A DNA stretch of 20,437 nt, from assembly GCF_006345805.1 (NCBI RefSeq), contig NW_021824463.1, positions 1 to 20,437 on the forward strand, given 5' to 3'. Both the position numbers and the translations under genes were made by a program. Of the stretch, positions 18,541-20,437 are shown piece after piece; the first letter of the stretch is position 1, and each line of letters begins with the position of its first letter. This DNA comes from Octopus sinensis (taxonomy: Eukaryota). The notes beneath the pieces are model-generated. The model was not told the origin of the DNA. It worked only from the letters and a program-made list of their open reading frames with translations, and searched no databases.

Positions 18541-19080
18541 TGTTGGGTGGTCCGGAAAGTTCGTGCCGATTTAGCTTACCTTTCGACTTATTTTAGAACA
18601 TGGTTGAGTCCATAAAATAGGATTTCACTACACCTCCATTTAAAGCACAGTTTAAGCTATCTTTTCTTGGAAGAAGGCTTATGTTCCTATAACCTGTGTT
18701 AATTCTGTAACCCTTTAAAATGGAAGATAAGAAATGGGAACCAGACAAAATTGCTACAGCTCGGCTGGGATGTGTTACCTCACCCTCCATATTCACCAGT
18801 TATTGCTCCTTCGGATTTCCACTTATTCAGGTCTCTGCAGAATAGTCTTAATAGTAAAAATTTCAATTCCTTGGATGAAATAAAAAGATACCTTGATGAA
18901 TTCTTTGCCATGAAACCACCCCAATTCTGGGAAGAGGGTATTTTGAAGTTAAAGGAAAGATGGAGACGCATTGTGCAACAAAATGGTTCATATTTGGTTG
19001 ATTAAAAATGTAATGGCAAGTATTTATTGACCTTTTTCTTTCCTTTAAAAATCGGCACGAACTTTCCGGACAACTCAATA
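18541..19080 (+). mobile_element. Mariner (Tc1/mariner) non-autonomous internal-deletion derivative, about 540 bp
   Basis: Left end TGTTGGGTGGTCCGGAAAGTTCGTGCCGATTT versus the reverse complement of the right end, TATTGAGTTGTCCGGAAAGTTCGTGCCGATTT: 29/32. The right end finishes in TA; the left TA appears mutated to TG. A transposase remnant lies inside. Confidence 0.93.
18720..19005 (+). pseudogene. Mariner transposase remnant: a putative start (MEDKK) fused to the C-terminal ~90 aa
   Basis: LGWDVLPHPPYSPVIAPSDFHLFRSLQNSL..FWEEGILKLKERWRRIVQQNGSY matches the mariner C-terminus (YSPDLAPSD motif, here YSPVIAPSD). The HTH domain and first two catalytic Asp motifs are missing, and there is a 1-nt frameshift in the GTRQKLL segment. 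Confidence 0.92.
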
Positions 19081-19782
19081 GATCGCACTTGTACATTTCT
19101 ATACTGTCCTAAATCTATTGGTTCCAGATCATTTTCTAAATTTGTTAAATCGCACAGAACTCCCAGAAAATATTTCGCTATTTCATAAATCCTTTTCCGT
19201 TTTCAATAGATTGTTACAAAAAAAGAAAAAAAGGCTGACAATCTTCGACTTGTTAGTCATTTCATTTCACACGCCTTTGAATGAAATCAGCAATTCAAAT
19301 AGACAAAGATAATTCTATTCCAATACTACAGCCTTTTTTCTCATATTGGGAATTTCGGCTATGAAGCATAATTTTGGCGCTGTTCTTCCTGAATAATACA
19401 ATGCAATATCGGTTTGCCGACAGCGTGGTCGTACTCAATTTTAGCTCTGGAAGCCCCATTCACATGCTTCCTTATTATAGCTAATTATCACTAATTATTG
19501 CTAATTGTTGTTAATTTTTCTACTCTCTAATAACAATCTTCTCAGCAATTTCATCTCATGTCCTGACAAATCGTAATCAATCGTCACTGGCTAATTGCCA
19601 CGGTCGAGCATCCGTCATTGACAAGACAAAAGAAGGTCGAAATTACGTAATCTGGCAGTCTCAGCGCTGGAGGTGGTTGGGATTTGTCTCCCCGCTAGCG
19701 ATATAATCAAGAATGAGAGTTCCCCTTATGGTATCTATATAAGTTTAAATGGGGAAAGATATTTTGGAAATGCAGTATATAT

Positions 19783-19783
19783 G

Positions 19784-19815
<32 letters not shown>

Positions 19816-19915
19816 ACACACACACCACAACACACACACACATACGTGTATGCCTGTGTGTACGTGTGTGTACGTGTATGTACGTGTGTGTACGTGTGTG
19901 TATGTGTATGCGCGT
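19783..19915. repeat. (CA)n followed by (GTGTAC/GTGT)n-type repeats
   Basis: Direct inspection. Confidence 0.9.
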
Positions 19916-19929
19916 GTACGTTTTTGTAC

Positions 19930-20113
19930 TAGTACAACCGGAGTTGGTTTGATTACGTCCCCGTAATTTAGCAGTTCAGCAAAAGAGCCCGAAAGAATAG
20001 GTAGCAGACATGAAAAGATAACTACCGGGATCGATTTGTCCGTCCAAGCACTTCAAGGCTATACCTCAGTAAGGCCGCAATCCAATGACTGAAACGAATA
20101 AAAGATGAAAAGA
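19930..20113 (+). mobile_element. SINE family A, 3' half, old and diverged
   Basis: ACAACCG..TTACGTCCCCGTAATTTAGCAGTTCAGCAAAAGAG..GGCCGCAATCCAATGACTGAAACGAATAAAAGA. Confidence 0.75.
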
Positions 20114-20324
20114 AACAAGCGAAGGAACAGATTTAGTCAATGATCAATAATTTTCGTAAAGTTAATTCCAGCATGTAGGGGAGATAACTCCAGGATGGTG
20201 GTGATGATGCTGATGATGGAGAACATGTTTCGGATTTATTAAACTTCTTCATACTATCAAAAGCTTTCCACTATATTGACTGAAACAGAAATGAAAAGTA
20301 TCACAAAAGAAATATACGTACGTA

Positions 20325-20364
20325 CACACACACACACATGTATGTATGTATATATATATATGCG

Positions 20365-20392
<28 letters not shown>
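20325..20392. repeat. (CA)/(TATG)/(TA)n microsatellite
   Basis: Direct inspection. Confidence 0.9.
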
Positions 20393-20395
<3 letters not shown>

Positions 20396-20437
20396 TGGAA
20401 ATCAAAAAAAGTAAAGGCTTTTTATGAAAAGTAACGA

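Noticed and set aside
19118-19312. 64-aa ORF next to the mariner element
   Set aside because: It lies outside the TIRs, starts at TTG, contains an A-run and has no recognisable motif.

Overview
AT-rich, microsatellite-saturated eukaryotic DNA with no recognisable intact protein-coding gene. The abundant tRNA-headed SINEs look, from memory and without a database search, like Octopus (coleoid cephalopod) genomic repeats, so this is probably an intronic or intergenic octopus window. Contents: about 18 copies or fragments of at least four modular SINE families; a non-autonomous hAT element (4255-5091, perfect 8-bp TSD) with a nested SINE; an internally deleted mariner (18541-19080) with TIRs and a C-terminal transposase remnant; a ~150-bp tandem repeat at the left edge; and many simple repeats. 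Nearly all ORFs in the supplied track are microsatellite or SINE artefacts. The most notable unexplained structures are a complete type I hammerhead ribozyme fold (2240-2299), a 310-bp foldback with a T/Y-shaped tip (3311-3620), a perfect 32-bp hairpin (11912-11995) just downstream of a promoter-like motif cluster and splice donor, and a perfect 24-bp hairpin at a SINE breakpoint (14973-15028). A few isolated exon-like segments are reported at low confidence.
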